Shown: positions 1 through 10,267 of the stretch, piece after piece | Numbering within the stretch: the first letter of the stretch is position 1 | Layout of the letters: every line of letters begins with the position of its first letter | NCBI GenBank assembly: GCA_964373795.1 | Contig: CAYJVY010000003.1 | Coordinates: forward strand, 100,898 to 132,262 | DNA: 31,365 bases | Direction of reading: 5' to 3' | Source: an uncultured archaeon | Lineage (GTDB): Archaea > Iainarchaeota > Iainarchaeia > Iainarchaeales > DATDZZ01 | Translations under genes and position numbers: made by a program | The notes under the pieces: generated by a model | What the model was told of the DNA's origin: nothing | Database searches by the model: none | The model's input: the letters and a program-made list of their open reading frames with translations, nothing else

Positions 1-24
1 AAACCAATAAATTAAAGCTTTTTC
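1..24. repeat. Left copy of the 24-bp perfect direct repeat AAACCAATAAATTAAAGCTTTTTC flanking the HepT-MNT cassette
   Basis: The identical 24-mer occurs at 1-24 and 857-880. The left copy touches the window edge and may extend further left. Confidence 0.9.
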
Positions 25-45
25 TTGCTTTAATATTTGAATAAC

Positions 46-444
46 ATGGATAGAAAACTAAGATATCAACAAAAAATTAATTTTGTTGCTGAAAAAATTG
101 GAAACCTGCCAAAAGAATTTGACAATTCTATTAAAGTTGATGCCACTTTCTATAGGATTCAAACAGCAATTGATGCATGCCTGGATTTAGTTGCAATGCT
201 AGTTAAAGACAAAGGCTTAGAAGTTTCAGATGACTATTCAAATATTCATTTGCTTGAAAAACAAAAAGTATTTGACAAAAAACTAGCAGAAGACTTAGCA
301 ATGCTGAATGGTTTAAGAAATGCAATTGTGCACAAGTATAACTCTTTTGAAGAAAAAACAGTTTTGAATAATATTGAAGAAATAATTGAAATAATGGAAA
401 AATTTTTGGAGATAGTTGAAAATGAAACAGAAAAATCTAAATGA
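46..444 (+). CDS. hepT: HepT-type HEPN (DUF86) toxin
   Basis: About 130 aa with the HEPN R-x4-H motif (RNAIVH) near the C-terminus. It overlaps the downstream nucleotidyltransferase gene by 29 nt. The first ATG is at 46; the track ORF begins at TTG 37. Confidence 0.8.
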   Translation: MDRKLRYQQKINFVAEKIGNLPKEFDNSIKVDATFYRIQTAIDACLDLVAMLVKDKGLEVSDDYSNIHLLEKQKVFDKKLAEDLAMLNGLRNAIVHKYNSFEEKTVLNNIEEIIEIMEKFLEIVENETEKSK

Positions 445-844
445 AATAAACCTAAACAAAATAAAAAAAGACTTAATTTATTTGAAAAACTTTGAAGTAG
501 TACTTTATGGCAGTTTTATAGAAGGAAACACCACTCCAAGATCAGACATAGATATTGCCATTATTTCAAGAAAGACAAATCCAGTCAAGAATATAGATAT
601 TTGGAAGAACGCATTAAAAAAATCAAAAACAATCTATCATTTGAATGTCTTTGAATTACTGCCATTAAATTTGAAAGCAGAAATAATTGCTAAACATTTA
701 ACTGTCTTTGGAGATGAAGTAGAATTAAGCGAATACTTTTACCATTTTAGAAAATTGTGGGAAGACTCAAAACACAGATACTATGAAAACCAATTCACAA
801 GCTTTAAAGAAAAAATAAATAAAATAAAAGCAGCAACAAATTAG
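416..844 (+). CDS. mntA: MNT-type minimal nucleotidyltransferase (antitoxin partner of HepT)
   Basis: G-S-x10-D-x-D motif in LYGSFIEGNTTPRSDIDIAI. About 140 aa and paired with the HEPN gene. Confidence 0.8.
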   Translation: MKMKQKNLNEINLNKIKKDLIYLKNFEVVLYGSFIEGNTTPRSDIDIAIISRKTNPVKNIDIWKNALKKSKTIYHLNVFELLPLNLKAEIIAKHLTVFGDEVELSEYFYHFRKLWEDSKHRYYENQFTSFKEKINKIKAATN

Positions 845-856
845 CTTTTTCTCATG

Positions 857-880
857 AAACCAATAAATTAAAGCTTTTTC
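857..880. repeat. Right copy of the 24-bp direct repeat flanking the HepT-MNT cassette
   Basis: Identical to 1-24. In this copy the sequence reads ATG AAA CCA ATA AAT TAA, which looks like a duplicated gene 3' end. Confidence 0.9.
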
Positions 881-900
881 ATTCGAATTTCTATAAAAAT

Positions 901-2091
901 ATGAAAACAAATTCAAGGCTTGAAGGCAAAAAAATTCTAGTGTGCGTGACAGGTAGTGTAGCTGTAATCGAAACTCCAAAGCTTGTCCGCGAATTACGTA
1001 GAAGAGGTGCAACAATTTTTTGTGCAATGTCTGAAGAAAGCAAAACATTTATTCAGCCTCGTTTGCTTGAATGGGCTTCAGATAATAAGGTTTTAACAAA
1101 GCTTTCAGGAAAGGCAGAGCATGTAAAACTAGCTGGCAGAGTGAAAGGAAAAGTTGATGTAATAGTTATTGCTCCTTGCACTTCAAACACTATTTCCAAA
1201 ATTGCTTCAGGAATTGATGACACAATAGTTACAACTCTGGCAAGTACTGCTTTGGGAACTGGAATTCCTTTAGTCATTGTTCCAGCAATGCATTACTCTT
1301 TACTCGCAAATCCTTTAGTAGGAAAAAATGTAACAAAATTACAAAAAATTGGAGTAAGCTTTGTTTCTCCACGAAGAGAAGAAAAAAAAGCAAAGTTTCC
1401 TGAAATAAAAACAATTGCAGATACAGTAGAAGAATTGTTTGCAGAAAAAGACTTGCAAGGATTAAAAGTATTGATTACTGCAGGGCCAACAATTGAAGAA
1501 ATAGATGATATTAGATTTATTTCAAACAAGTCAAGTGGAAAAATGGGAATTGCTCTTGCAGAAGAAGCAGAAAAACGCGGAGCAAAAGTTACACTAATAC
1601 TTGGACGAACACATCTGAGGCCAGAAGACAGAGTTAGAGTTGTAAATGCAGAAACTGGAAAAGAAATTTTTGAGGTAGTGAAAAAAGAAATAAGGAATGC
1701 AGATTTATTTTTCTCTGTTGCAGCTGTTTCAGATTTTAAAGTTAAGAAAAGGAAAGGAAAAATTTCTTCAAAATCCGGAATTAAATTGAATTTAGTTCCT
1801 GCAAAAAAGGTTTTGCCTAATGCAAAGAAATGGAATCCAAAAGTTTTCGTTGTTGGATTCAAAGCAGAAACAGGCTCGAAAAATGCATTAATAAATGCAG
1901 CAAAAAATTTACTTAAGAAAGGAAATTGTGATTTAGTTGTTGGAAATCTTTCAAAAGCATTTGGTTCCAAGTACAGTGAAAACTGGGTTGTGGGAAAAAA
2001 AATTGTGAAGCACTTAAGGAAGGCTGCAAAACAAGAAATTGCACGAAAATTGTTGGACGAATTTTTGGAGGCACAAAATGCAGTTCAATGA
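901..2091 (+). CDS. coaBC: Bifunctional phosphopantothenoylcysteine decarboxylase / phosphopantothenate-cysteine ligase
   Basis: N-terminal flavoprotein domain (KILVCVTGSVA, PCTSNTISKIASGIDD). C-terminal CoaB domain (ITAGPTIEEIDDIRFISNKSSGKMG, AAVSDF). 396 aa. Confidence 0.9.
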   Translation: MKTNSRLEGKKILVCVTGSVAVIETPKLVRELRRRGATIFCAMSEESKTFIQPRLLEWASDNKVLTKLSGKAEHVKLAGRVKGKVDVIVIAPCTSNTISKIASGIDDTIVTTLASTALGTGIPLVIVPAMHYSLLANPLVGKNVTKLQKIGVSFVSPRREEKKAKFPEIKTIADTVEELFAEKDLQGLKVLITAGPTIEEIDDIRFISNKSSGKMGIALAEEAEKRGAKVTLILGRTHLRPEDRVRVVNAETGKEIFEVVKKEIRNADLFFSVAAVSDFKVKKRKGKISSKSGIKLNLVPAKKVLPNAKKWNPKVFVVGFKAETGSKNALINAAKNLLKKGNCDLVVGNLSKAFGSKYSENWVVGKKIVKHLRKAAKQEIARKLLDEFLEAQNAVQ

Positions 2092-2965
2092 AATAATTGT
2101 TTTAGGAGCAGGGGCTCTTGGATCGTTTTACGGAGCAATGCTTTCAAGCAAAAACAATGTTTTACTAGTTGGAAGAAAAGAACACATAAAAAAAATTAAT
2201 CAAAAAGGATTAGAGTTAACTGGTTCACTTAGCATGTCTATTAAAGTTAGAGCAACTGAAAGAATTGTAAAAATTAATCCTTCAACTCTAATAATTTTGA
2301 CAACTAAAGTAATTGATTCAGAAAAAGCAGTTCAATCAATTTCCCATCTTTTATTGCCTGACACAGTAATACTTGTATTGCAAAATGGATTGAATTCAGA
2401 GGAAATAGTGAAAAAAATTGTTTCATGTGAAGTAATTAGGGGAATTTCAATGACTGGAATAGCTTTTTTAAGGCCTGGAACAATAGCTGTAAGTCAAGTG
2501 CACAGCATTTTAATTAATGAATCTTCTTCAAGCAATGAAATTGAAAAATTATTTAAAAAATCTGATTTAAAATGTGAAATAGTTTCAGACTTTAAACAAA
2601 AAGAATGGGAAAAATTAATTGTAAACTGCATGTTAAACCCTTTAGGAGCATTAATGGAGGTAAAAAACAAATCAATTGTAAATAATTTGCCTTTAACAAC
2701 TAAATTAATTTTCAATGAATGCAAGAATGTAGCGGAAAAAGAAGGAATTAAATTAGGTGAAGATTTTTTTCAAAAAACAGTTGAAGGCTTAAAGGATTCA
2801 AAGAATTTTAGTTCAATGTTTCAAGACATTATTAAAGGAAGGAAAACAGAAATAGATTTTTTAAATGCAGAAATTGTTAAAACAGGAGAAAAGCATGGCA
2901 TTCCAACTCCGATTAATAAAATGCTTGTAGAATTAATTAAATTTAAAGAACAAAATGAAGGGTGA
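2078..2965 (+). CDS. panE: 2-dehydropantoate 2-reductase (ketopantoate reductase)
   Basis: Rossmann N-terminus IIVLGAGALGSFYG. ApbA/PanE C-terminal pattern SSMFQDIIKGRKTEIDFLNAEIV...GIPTPINKML. ATG 2078 is preceded by GGAGG and overlaps coaBC by 14 nt. Confidence 0.85.
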   Translation: MQFNEIIVLGAGALGSFYGAMLSSKNNVLLVGRKEHIKKINQKGLELTGSLSMSIKVRATERIVKINPSTLIILTTKVIDSEKAVQSISHLLLPDTVILVLQNGLNSEEIVKKIVSCEVIRGISMTGIAFLRPGTIAVSQVHSILINESSSSNEIEKLFKKSDLKCEIVSDFKQKEWEKLIVNCMLNPLGALMEVKNKSIVNNLPLTTKLIFNECKNVAEKEGIKLGEDFFQKTVEGLKDSKNFSSMFQDIIKGRKTEIDFLNAEIVKTGEKHGIPTPINKMLVELIKFKEQNEG

Positions 2966-3785
2966 AAAAATGGTTTATGGAGAAATAAAAGAAATTCATA
3001 AAACAAACTCCTCAGAAAAATTTTCTCTATTGAATGAAAAATTCAAATCAGGGAAAAAGATTGTAATGCTTACAGCATATGATTATCCTATTGCAAAAAT
3101 TTTGGATGAAACAGGAATTGATTTAATCTTAGTTGGAGACTCTGTTGCAATGGCTGTTTTAGGATTGAAGGACACTAAAAGCATGGGCATGCAAGAAATG
3201 TTGCATCATGCAAAAGCTGTTTGCAGAGCAGTGAAAAATGCAATAGTAGTAGGAGATATGCCAATTAATACTTACAATAATTCAAAAGACGCTCTTGAAA
3301 ATGCAAAAAAATTTATTGAAGCAGGATGCGATGCAGTGAAATTAGAAGGCTGTAAAACAGATGAAGTAAAAACACTACTCAAAAATGGAATTCCTGTAAT
3401 GGGGCATTTAGGTTTATTGCCTCAAACAGCTGAAAAATATGCAGTGCAAGGAAAAACTTTAGAAGAAGCTGAAAAAATTTTACAAGAATCAATTTCATTA
3501 AATCAGTTGGGAATTTTTTCACTTGTATTAGAATGCGTGCCAATTGATTTAGCGAAAAAAATTACTGAAAGCATTTCTTGTCCAACAATTGGAATTGGAG
3601 CGGGCATTCATTGCTCTGGACAAGTACTAGTAATAACTGATGTTCTTGGATTAAATAAAGATTTTAATCCAAAATTTGTAAAAAAATATTTGAATTTACA
3701 TGAAGAAATTTCAAAAGCAGTAACAGAATTCAAATCAGATGTTGAAAAACAAAAATTTCCAGCCAAAGAGAATTCTTTTAAATAA
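2955..3785 (+). CDS. panB: 3-methyl-2-oxobutanoate hydroxymethyltransferase
   Basis: MLTAYDYPIAKILDETGIDLILVGDSVAMAVLG matches the PanB core. An alternative start is ATG 2970, just after a GGGTGA. Confidence 0.9.
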   Translation: MKGEKMVYGEIKEIHKTNSSEKFSLLNEKFKSGKKIVMLTAYDYPIAKILDETGIDLILVGDSVAMAVLGLKDTKSMGMQEMLHHAKAVCRAVKNAIVVGDMPINTYNNSKDALENAKKFIEAGCDAVKLEGCKTDEVKTLLKNGIPVMGHLGLLPQTAEKYAVQGKTLEEAEKILQESISLNQLGIFSLVLECVPIDLAKKITESISCPTIGIGAGIHCSGQVLVITDVLGLNKDFNPKFVKKYLNLHEEISKAVTEFKSDVEKQKFPAKENSFK

Positions 3786-3804
3786 CTGAAACTGTATTTT
3801 ATTT

Positions 3805-4305
3805 ATGTCTAGAAGAATTTCCTCTGCAACTAGAAAACTTCAAAGAAAGCAAAGACAACAAAGACTTGAAAAAGGAAGATTTCATCCAAATAATTTATTT
3901 AGCTCAAATTTTTTAAAGATTTTAAGAAAACTTTCCCCAGATCAAAGACTTGTTGCAAATAATTTAAGAAACTCTAATGAAGTGGAAAGAATTAAGGCTT
4001 TAAGACAATTAATTTCTTGGACTTCCGAAAGAGAAGTGCTTCCGGTAATTAAAGCATTATTTAGAGATCCTTCTCCAAAAGTCAGAGCAGATGTATTATT
4101 CAGATTATTTCATTTAGACAAAACTGGAAGCATTCCATTATTTAAAAAAGCTTTAAGGGATTCCTCTCCAAGTGTAAGATTAAATGCAGTTCACTGCTTG
4201 TCTTGGCTTAGAGATTCAAGGTTTCATGTATTTATTCGAGAAAAATTAGACGACCCAGATAAAAATGTAAGAGAAGCAGTTCGCCATGCATTGACTTACA
4301 CTTAG
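3805..4305 (+). CDS. HEAT (PBS-lyase-type) repeat protein with an Arg/Lys-rich N-terminal tail
   Basis: Three repeats of the D-P/S-S-P-x-V-R type (DPSPKVRADV, DSSPSVRLNAV, DPDKNVREAV). N-terminus is MSRRISSATRKLQRKQRQQRLEKGR. Confidence 0.6.
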   Translation: MSRRISSATRKLQRKQRQQRLEKGRFHPNNLFSSNFLKILRKLSPDQRLVANNLRNSNEVERIKALRQLISWTSEREVLPVIKALFRDPSPKVRADVLFRLFHLDKTGSIPLFKKALRDSSPSVRLNAVHCLSWLRDSRFHVFIREKLDDPDKNVREAVRHALTYT

Positions 4306-4328
4306 TTTCTAAAAATAGTTTCTTTCCT
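4303..4328. repeat. Orphan duplicate of the purA 3' end (left copy of a 26-bp direct repeat)
   Basis: TAGTTTCTAAAAATAGTTTCTTTCCT matches 4551-4576 at 25 of 26 positions. Its reverse complement encodes RKETIFRN-stop, the same residues as the purA C-terminus. Confidence 0.85.
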
Positions 4329-4338
4329 TTAAGCAAAG

Positions 4339-4347
4339 TTTAAATTA
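4339..4347 (+). promoter_or_regulatory. TATA box for the hicB-like gene
   Basis: TTTAAATTA ends about 25 nt upstream of ATG 4372, consistent with a leaderless archaeal transcript. Confidence 0.45.
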
Positions 4348-4371
4348 ACTAACGCCTATAATTTAATTAAT

Positions 4372-5875
<1,504 letters not shown>

Positions 5876-5879
5876 TTAA

Positions 5880-7271
5880 ATGGAATTCAATTTATTTGAC
5901 GCAATTTCTCCAATAGATTTCAGGTATTTTGGAGGAGATGAAAAATTAAAAAAACAAGCAGAAAAATTCTTAACAGAAACAGCAATGAAAAAATACATGG
6001 CAAAAGTTGAAGCAATTCTAGTAAAAAAATTAGCTGAAGAAAAAGTCATTGAAAAAGAAATAGCTGAAGAAATTGAAAAAGCTTGCAATAATTTGTCTCT
6101 TCAAAAAATATTTGAAGAAGACAAAAAAACAATGCATGAAAGAAGAGCTTTAGTGAACGCAATTCGAGACAAGGTTTCAATAAAAGCAAAACCATTTGTG
6201 CATTTCACTTTAACAAGCAATGACGTATTAGATACAGCTAATGCTTTAAGGTACAAAGAATTTACAGAACAAGTTTTAATGCCTTCATTAATTGAATTAG
6301 AAAAAACTTTAATCAAACTAGCATTGCAAGAAAAAAATACTATTCAAATAGGTAGAACTCACGGTCAACATGCTTTGCCAATAACTTTTGGAAGCTATTT
6401 AAGCAGTTTTGTTTCCCGCTTAGGGAACAGAATTAAAAAAATTAATCAAGCAAGCACTGAATTGCGAGGAAAAATTTCCGGGGCAGTTGGAAACTATAAT
6501 GCGTTAAATTTGTTTGTAGAAAACCCAATTCAATTTGAAAAAGAATTATTGCAAGAACTAGGCTTGCAGCAAGCTCAAACCTCTAGTCAAATAGTTGAAG
6601 AAGAATTTTTATTGGATTACTTGCATGCATTAACTTCTACTCTTGGAGTAATTGCAAACTTGGCAGATGATTTAAGGCATTTGCAAAGAACAGAAATCGC
6701 AGAATTAAATGAAAAATTTGAAGAAAAACAAGTAGGCAGTTCAACAATGCCTCATAAAAGAAATCCTTTAACTTTTGAAAACTTGAAAGGAATTTGGAAA
6801 GAATTTGTTCCAAGAATGACTACTGCTTACTTTGATCAAATCTCTGAACATCAAAGAGATTTAACTAATTCCACAACTAAAAGATTTGTGCCTGAAACAA
6901 TTTTCATAACATTTTATGCAAGTGAAACTTTAAGGCAGGCATTGGAAAAAATTGAATTAAACAAATCTCAAATGAAAAAAAATTTTCAATTAAATAAAAA
7001 CATAATACTTTCAGAAGCACTGCAATTACTTTTATCATTTCATGGATTTGAAAATGCTCATCAAACAATTTCAGAACTAACAAATCAAGCAGTTAAAGAA
7101 AACAAATCCTTAACTGAATTAGTGCAACAAAAACCTGAACTAAAAAAATATTTAAATAAATTTACTGTTGAACAAAAACAAGTCTTAGAAAACCCTGAAA
7201 CATATTTAGGCAAAGCAGTTGAAAAAACCGAAACAGTTTGCGAGTTTTGGAAAAAGGAATTGGGATTGTAA
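5880..7271 (+). CDS. purB: Adenylosuccinate lyase
   Basis: Fumarate-lyase signature GSSTMPHKRNP, HFTLTSNDV, N-terminal SPIDFRY. GAGG lies 10 nt upstream of the ATG. Confidence 0.92.
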   Translation: MEFNLFDAISPIDFRYFGGDEKLKKQAEKFLTETAMKKYMAKVEAILVKKLAEEKVIEKEIAEEIEKACNNLSLQKIFEEDKKTMHERRALVNAIRDKVSIKAKPFVHFTLTSNDVLDTANALRYKEFTEQVLMPSLIELEKTLIKLALQEKNTIQIGRTHGQHALPITFGSYLSSFVSRLGNRIKKINQASTELRGKISGAVGNYNALNLFVENPIQFEKELLQELGLQQAQTSSQIVEEEFLLDYLHALTSTLGVIANLADDLRHLQRTEIAELNEKFEEKQVGSSTMPHKRNPLTFENLKGIWKEFVPRMTTAYFDQISEHQRDLTNSTTKRFVPETIFITFYASETLRQALEKIELNKSQMKKNFQLNKNIILSEALQLLLSFHGFENAHQTISELTNQAVKENKSLTELVQQKPELKKYLNKFTVEQKQVLENPETYLGKAVEKTETVCEFWKKELGL

Positions 7272-8251
7272 TGCGTGCACAGAGAAGAACTCCTAAAAAG
7301 CAAAGAATTCTGGAATTTGTGATTCAAACACAGCCTTTGTTTCTCAAACCTGGAGAAAAGTTCTCTGCCGATAAAACCCCTGTATTGAAAAAAAACATCA
7401 GACATGCAGAAACCAGAGGTATGCATATAGAGTATGTGGGGGTTGATCCAAAAAATTCTCCACCTGGAAGCACGCAAAAATTTGAAACAGGTGGAAGAGT
7501 AATAGAAAAATATGCAATAGGAAGACTTGGATTGCAGCTAAATTTAAGGCCTAATTCTGTTGACGAAATTCATCTGCACATGATTGACACTCACGTGGAA
7601 GATTTGGAAGAAACATGCAAACAACTTGTACTAGCACTAAAATCCGAAGGAAAAATTTTTATTACAGGTGACAAAGGAAGAAAAAGCACAAAATACTGTC
7701 CTTTTGGTTTAAATCTTCCGCAAGCTCTCGAAATTCTTTCAAAGCATTTCAGAATAACCCAGTTCTTTACATTTCCTGAAGGAAAAACAGGCAGTAGAAT
7801 TCCAATAAAAACTCCTCAAAGTGTAAAGATTTTGGACACAGGAAAAGGAATTATTGAAGGAACTTCGAGCCCTTTGCAAGAATGGGAACTGACAAGTGTT
7901 AGTGCAAGGCACAAATTCCTGAAAAGGTTCACAAACTACTATGACATGGCACACTACTTTCTGGTTTTAGAACCACGAGGTCAAGAACCAAGAACTGTCA
8001 AAGGAAGAATCCTTAACCCGGCTTTGCTGAAACCAGGAACAAAACAAATGAATCGAAAAAGTATTGGAATAATCTGGCCTAAATCAGGACATGGCGACAG
8101 GCAACCAAAATATGGCGGAGATGGAAAAGGAGAATACCAACAATTTAGAATAAGGAGAACTGCATTAAGCAAAGAAGAGAAAAGAAAAATAATTGAACGT
8201 GAAGAAAAACAAAGAAAAGAAGAGGAAAATAATTCATACAGAAGCAATTAA
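7271..8251 (+). CDS. Hypothetical protein (326 aa) with a basic N-terminal tail and a charged KE-rich C-terminus
   Basis: Its ATG shares one base with the purB stop (TAATG). N-terminus is MRAQRRTPKKQRILE. I recognise no family. The track ORF start at 7238 lies inside purB. Confidence 0.55.
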   Translation: MRAQRRTPKKQRILEFVIQTQPLFLKPGEKFSADKTPVLKKNIRHAETRGMHIEYVGVDPKNSPPGSTQKFETGGRVIEKYAIGRLGLQLNLRPNSVDEIHLHMIDTHVEDLEETCKQLVLALKSEGKIFITGDKGRKSTKYCPFGLNLPQALEILSKHFRITQFFTFPEGKTGSRIPIKTPQSVKILDTGKGIIEGTSSPLQEWELTSVSARHKFLKRFTNYYDMAHYFLVLEPRGQEPRTVKGRILNPALLKPGTKQMNRKSIGIIWPKSGHGDRQPKYGGDGKGEYQQFRIRRTALSKEEKRKIIEREEKQRKEEENNSYRSN

Positions 8252-8265
8252 AGAAAGGAATCCGC

Positions 8266-9114
8266 ATGCAATTAATAAGATATATTAAAGCAATGCAAGA
8301 ATTCTCTGAATGTCAAAGAAAAATTAATAGCAAAATAGGTTTTGTGCCTACAATGGGTTTCTTGCATGAAGGACATTTAAGTTTAATTTCTCGCGCAAAA
8401 AAAGAAACTGATTTAGTTATTGTAAGCATTTTTGTTAATCCAACTCAATTTTCTCCTAAAGAAGATTTCAAATCCTATCCAAGGAATTTGAAAACAGATT
8501 TAGAGTTATGTGAAAAAGCCGGAGCAGACATAGTTTTTGCTCCAAATGAAAAAGAAATATATGAAAACCATTTAACTTGGATTGAAGTAAAAGACTTAAG
8601 TGAAGGCTTGGATGGAATTTCAAGGCCAACTCATTTCAGAGGAGTTGCAACAATTGTTGCAAAATTATTCAATATAGTTAAACCTCATAAAGCTTTTTTT
8701 GGTTTAAAAGATTTACAACAAGTAATTGTAATAGAGAAAATGGTTAAAGACTTGAATTTTGATTTAGAAATAGTTAGATGTGAAACAATTAGAGAAAAAG
8801 ACGGCTTGGCAATGAGTTCAAGAAATACTTATTTGAATTCAGAGGAAAGAAGTCAAGCAACAGTACTATTTGAAGCATTGCAATTAGCAAAAAAATTAAT
8901 TTTTAAAGGAGAAAAAAATGCTGAAAAGATTAAGAAAGAATTACAGAGAAAAATTTCTTTAAAACCTTTAGCAAAAATTGATTTCATTGAAATAGTTTCC
9001 TTAAAAGATTTAAAGTCAGTGAAAAAAATAGAAAACAATTTTGCAGTTTTATTGGCTGTCGTTTTTGGCAAAACAAGATTAATTGATAACATGGTTTTTG
9101 AAAAGGTGAATTAA
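8266..9114 (+). CDS. panC: Pantoate-beta-alanine ligase (pantothenate synthetase)
   Basis: HIGH motif region PTMGFLHEGHLSLI. 282 aa. Also FGLKDLQQ and MSSRN. Confidence 0.93.
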   Translation: MQLIRYIKAMQEFSECQRKINSKIGFVPTMGFLHEGHLSLISRAKKETDLVIVSIFVNPTQFSPKEDFKSYPRNLKTDLELCEKAGADIVFAPNEKEIYENHLTWIEVKDLSEGLDGISRPTHFRGVATIVAKLFNIVKPHKAFFGLKDLQQVIVIEKMVKDLNFDLEIVRCETIREKDGLAMSSRNTYLNSEERSQATVLFEALQLAKKLIFKGEKNAEKIKKELQRKISLKPLAKIDFIEIVSLKDLKSVKKIENNFAVLLAVVFGKTRLIDNMVFEKVN

Positions 9115-9921
9115 TTGCAAAAAAATTTGGTTTTGGGAGCAGATTTGGGAAACTCTTCAATTGATTTAGTGTTAATGAATGAAAGAAAAATTGTTTCTTC
9201 AAAGTCTTTTCCAGTTCAAGAAAACTCTTTTACTGAAAAGAATTTGCTTAAAATGTTTAAAAAATTTCCTTTAAATAAAGTTAAAACAATTAATGCAACT
9301 GGGTCTAATTCAAGGTTTTTAAAAGAAAAGTTTTTAGGATTAAAAGTGATAAAAGTGAATGAAATTCAAGCAATTGCCTTTGGCGCAAAATTTGTTTCAA
9401 ATTCAAAAAATTTTTTAACAGTTTCAATGGGAAGTGGAACAGCCTTAGTTTCAGTTAAAGGAAAAAAATTCTCTCACATAGGAGGAACAGCTGTTGGAGG
9501 AAAAACATTAGAAAACCTTGCAAAACTATTAATTCAAACACCTAATGTAAAAGAATTAGAAAACCTTGCATTAAAAGGAGATTTGAAAAGAGTTGATTTA
9601 ACTTTGCAAGAAATTTATCCAAAAGGAATTGGTTTATTGCCAAAAGAAGCAACTGCCTCTCATTTTGGAAAGTTAAGGAATCCAAGAAAACAAGACAAGG
9701 CATTAGCATTAATTAATTTAATTGCACAAGTAATTGGATCAATAGCTGTTTTTGCTGCTCTAGCTTACAAGCATAAAGAAATTGTTTTCACTGGAAAACT
9801 AATTTCCTTGAATTTACTTAAAAAGGTTTTATTTAAAAGAATTTTCTGGCTAAATAAATCTAGGTTTAAAGTACCAAAAAATGCTGGAATTGCTACTGCA
9901 ATTGGAGCGTGTATTTCATGA
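9115..9921 (+). CDS. coaW: Type II pantothenate kinase (Staphylococcus CoaW-like)
   Basis: The ASKHA-fold motifs LGADLGNSSIDLV, SMGSGTALVSV...IGGTAVGGKTLENLAKLL, GDLKRVDLTLQEIY and NAGIATAIGA parallel S. aureus CoaW as I recall it. TTG start lies directly after the panC stop and is preceded by AGGTGA. Confidence 0.8.
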   Translation: MQKNLVLGADLGNSSIDLVLMNERKIVSSKSFPVQENSFTEKNLLKMFKKFPLNKVKTINATGSNSRFLKEKFLGLKVIKVNEIQAIAFGAKFVSNSKNFLTVSMGSGTALVSVKGKKFSHIGGTAVGGKTLENLAKLLIQTPNVKELENLALKGDLKRVDLTLQEIYPKGIGLLPKEATASHFGKLRNPRKQDKALALINLIAQVIGSIAVFAALAYKHKEIVFTGKLISLNLLKKVLFKRIFWLNKSRFKVPKNAGIATAIGACIS

Positions 9922-10265
9922 ATGAAATTAAGTTAACTCCAAAAATAGTTGAAAAGCCTTGGGGAAGAGAGCAATGGTTAGTAGTAACAGAAAAATATGT
10001 TTTAAAAATTTTAGAAATAAAAAAAGGGCATAGATTTTCCTTGCAATACCATGAAATAAAAGACGAAGCATGGCTTGTAATAAAAGGAAAATTATTAGCT
10101 GTTTACGGTGAAGAAAAATTAACTTTAATTCCAGGAGACATTGTAAGAGTTCCTCCTAAAACAATTCATAGATTAAAGGCTTTAGAAGATGCAGAAATAA
10201 TAGAGGTCTCAACTCCAGAATTAGAAGACGTAGTTAGATTAGAAGATGATTATAGTAGAAAATAA
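9918..10265 (+). CDS. Cupin-domain protein (type II phosphomannose-isomerase-like cupin)
   Basis: KPWGREQW...GHRFSLQYHEIKDEAWLVIKG...IHRL...IIEVSTPELEDVVRLEDDYSR. ATG 9918 overlaps the coaW stop (ATGA). Confidence 0.7.
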   Translation: MNEIKLTPKIVEKPWGREQWLVVTEKYVLKILEIKKGHRFSLQYHEIKDEAWLVIKGKLLAVYGEEKLTLIPGDIVRVPPKTIHRLKALEDAEIIEVSTPELEDVVRLEDDYSRK

Positions 10266-10267
10266 TT

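Noticed and set aside
767-1970. Minus-strand track ORFs 767-1048, 1053-1277 and 1293-1970
   Set aside because: They lie antisense to the MNT and coaBC genes, which have strong motif support. Their Phe/Ser/Ile-rich low-complexity translations are what the antisense of Lys/Glu-rich AT-rich genes produces. The same reasoning applies to the other short antisense track ORFs: 2494, 2821, 4402, 5876, 6101, 7085, 7739, 7981, 8853, 8984, 10857, 11417, 11658, 12490, 13229, 13463, 14432, 15374, 16932, 20782, 24580, 25834, 26134, 27091, 27370, 28962, 29818 and 31136.
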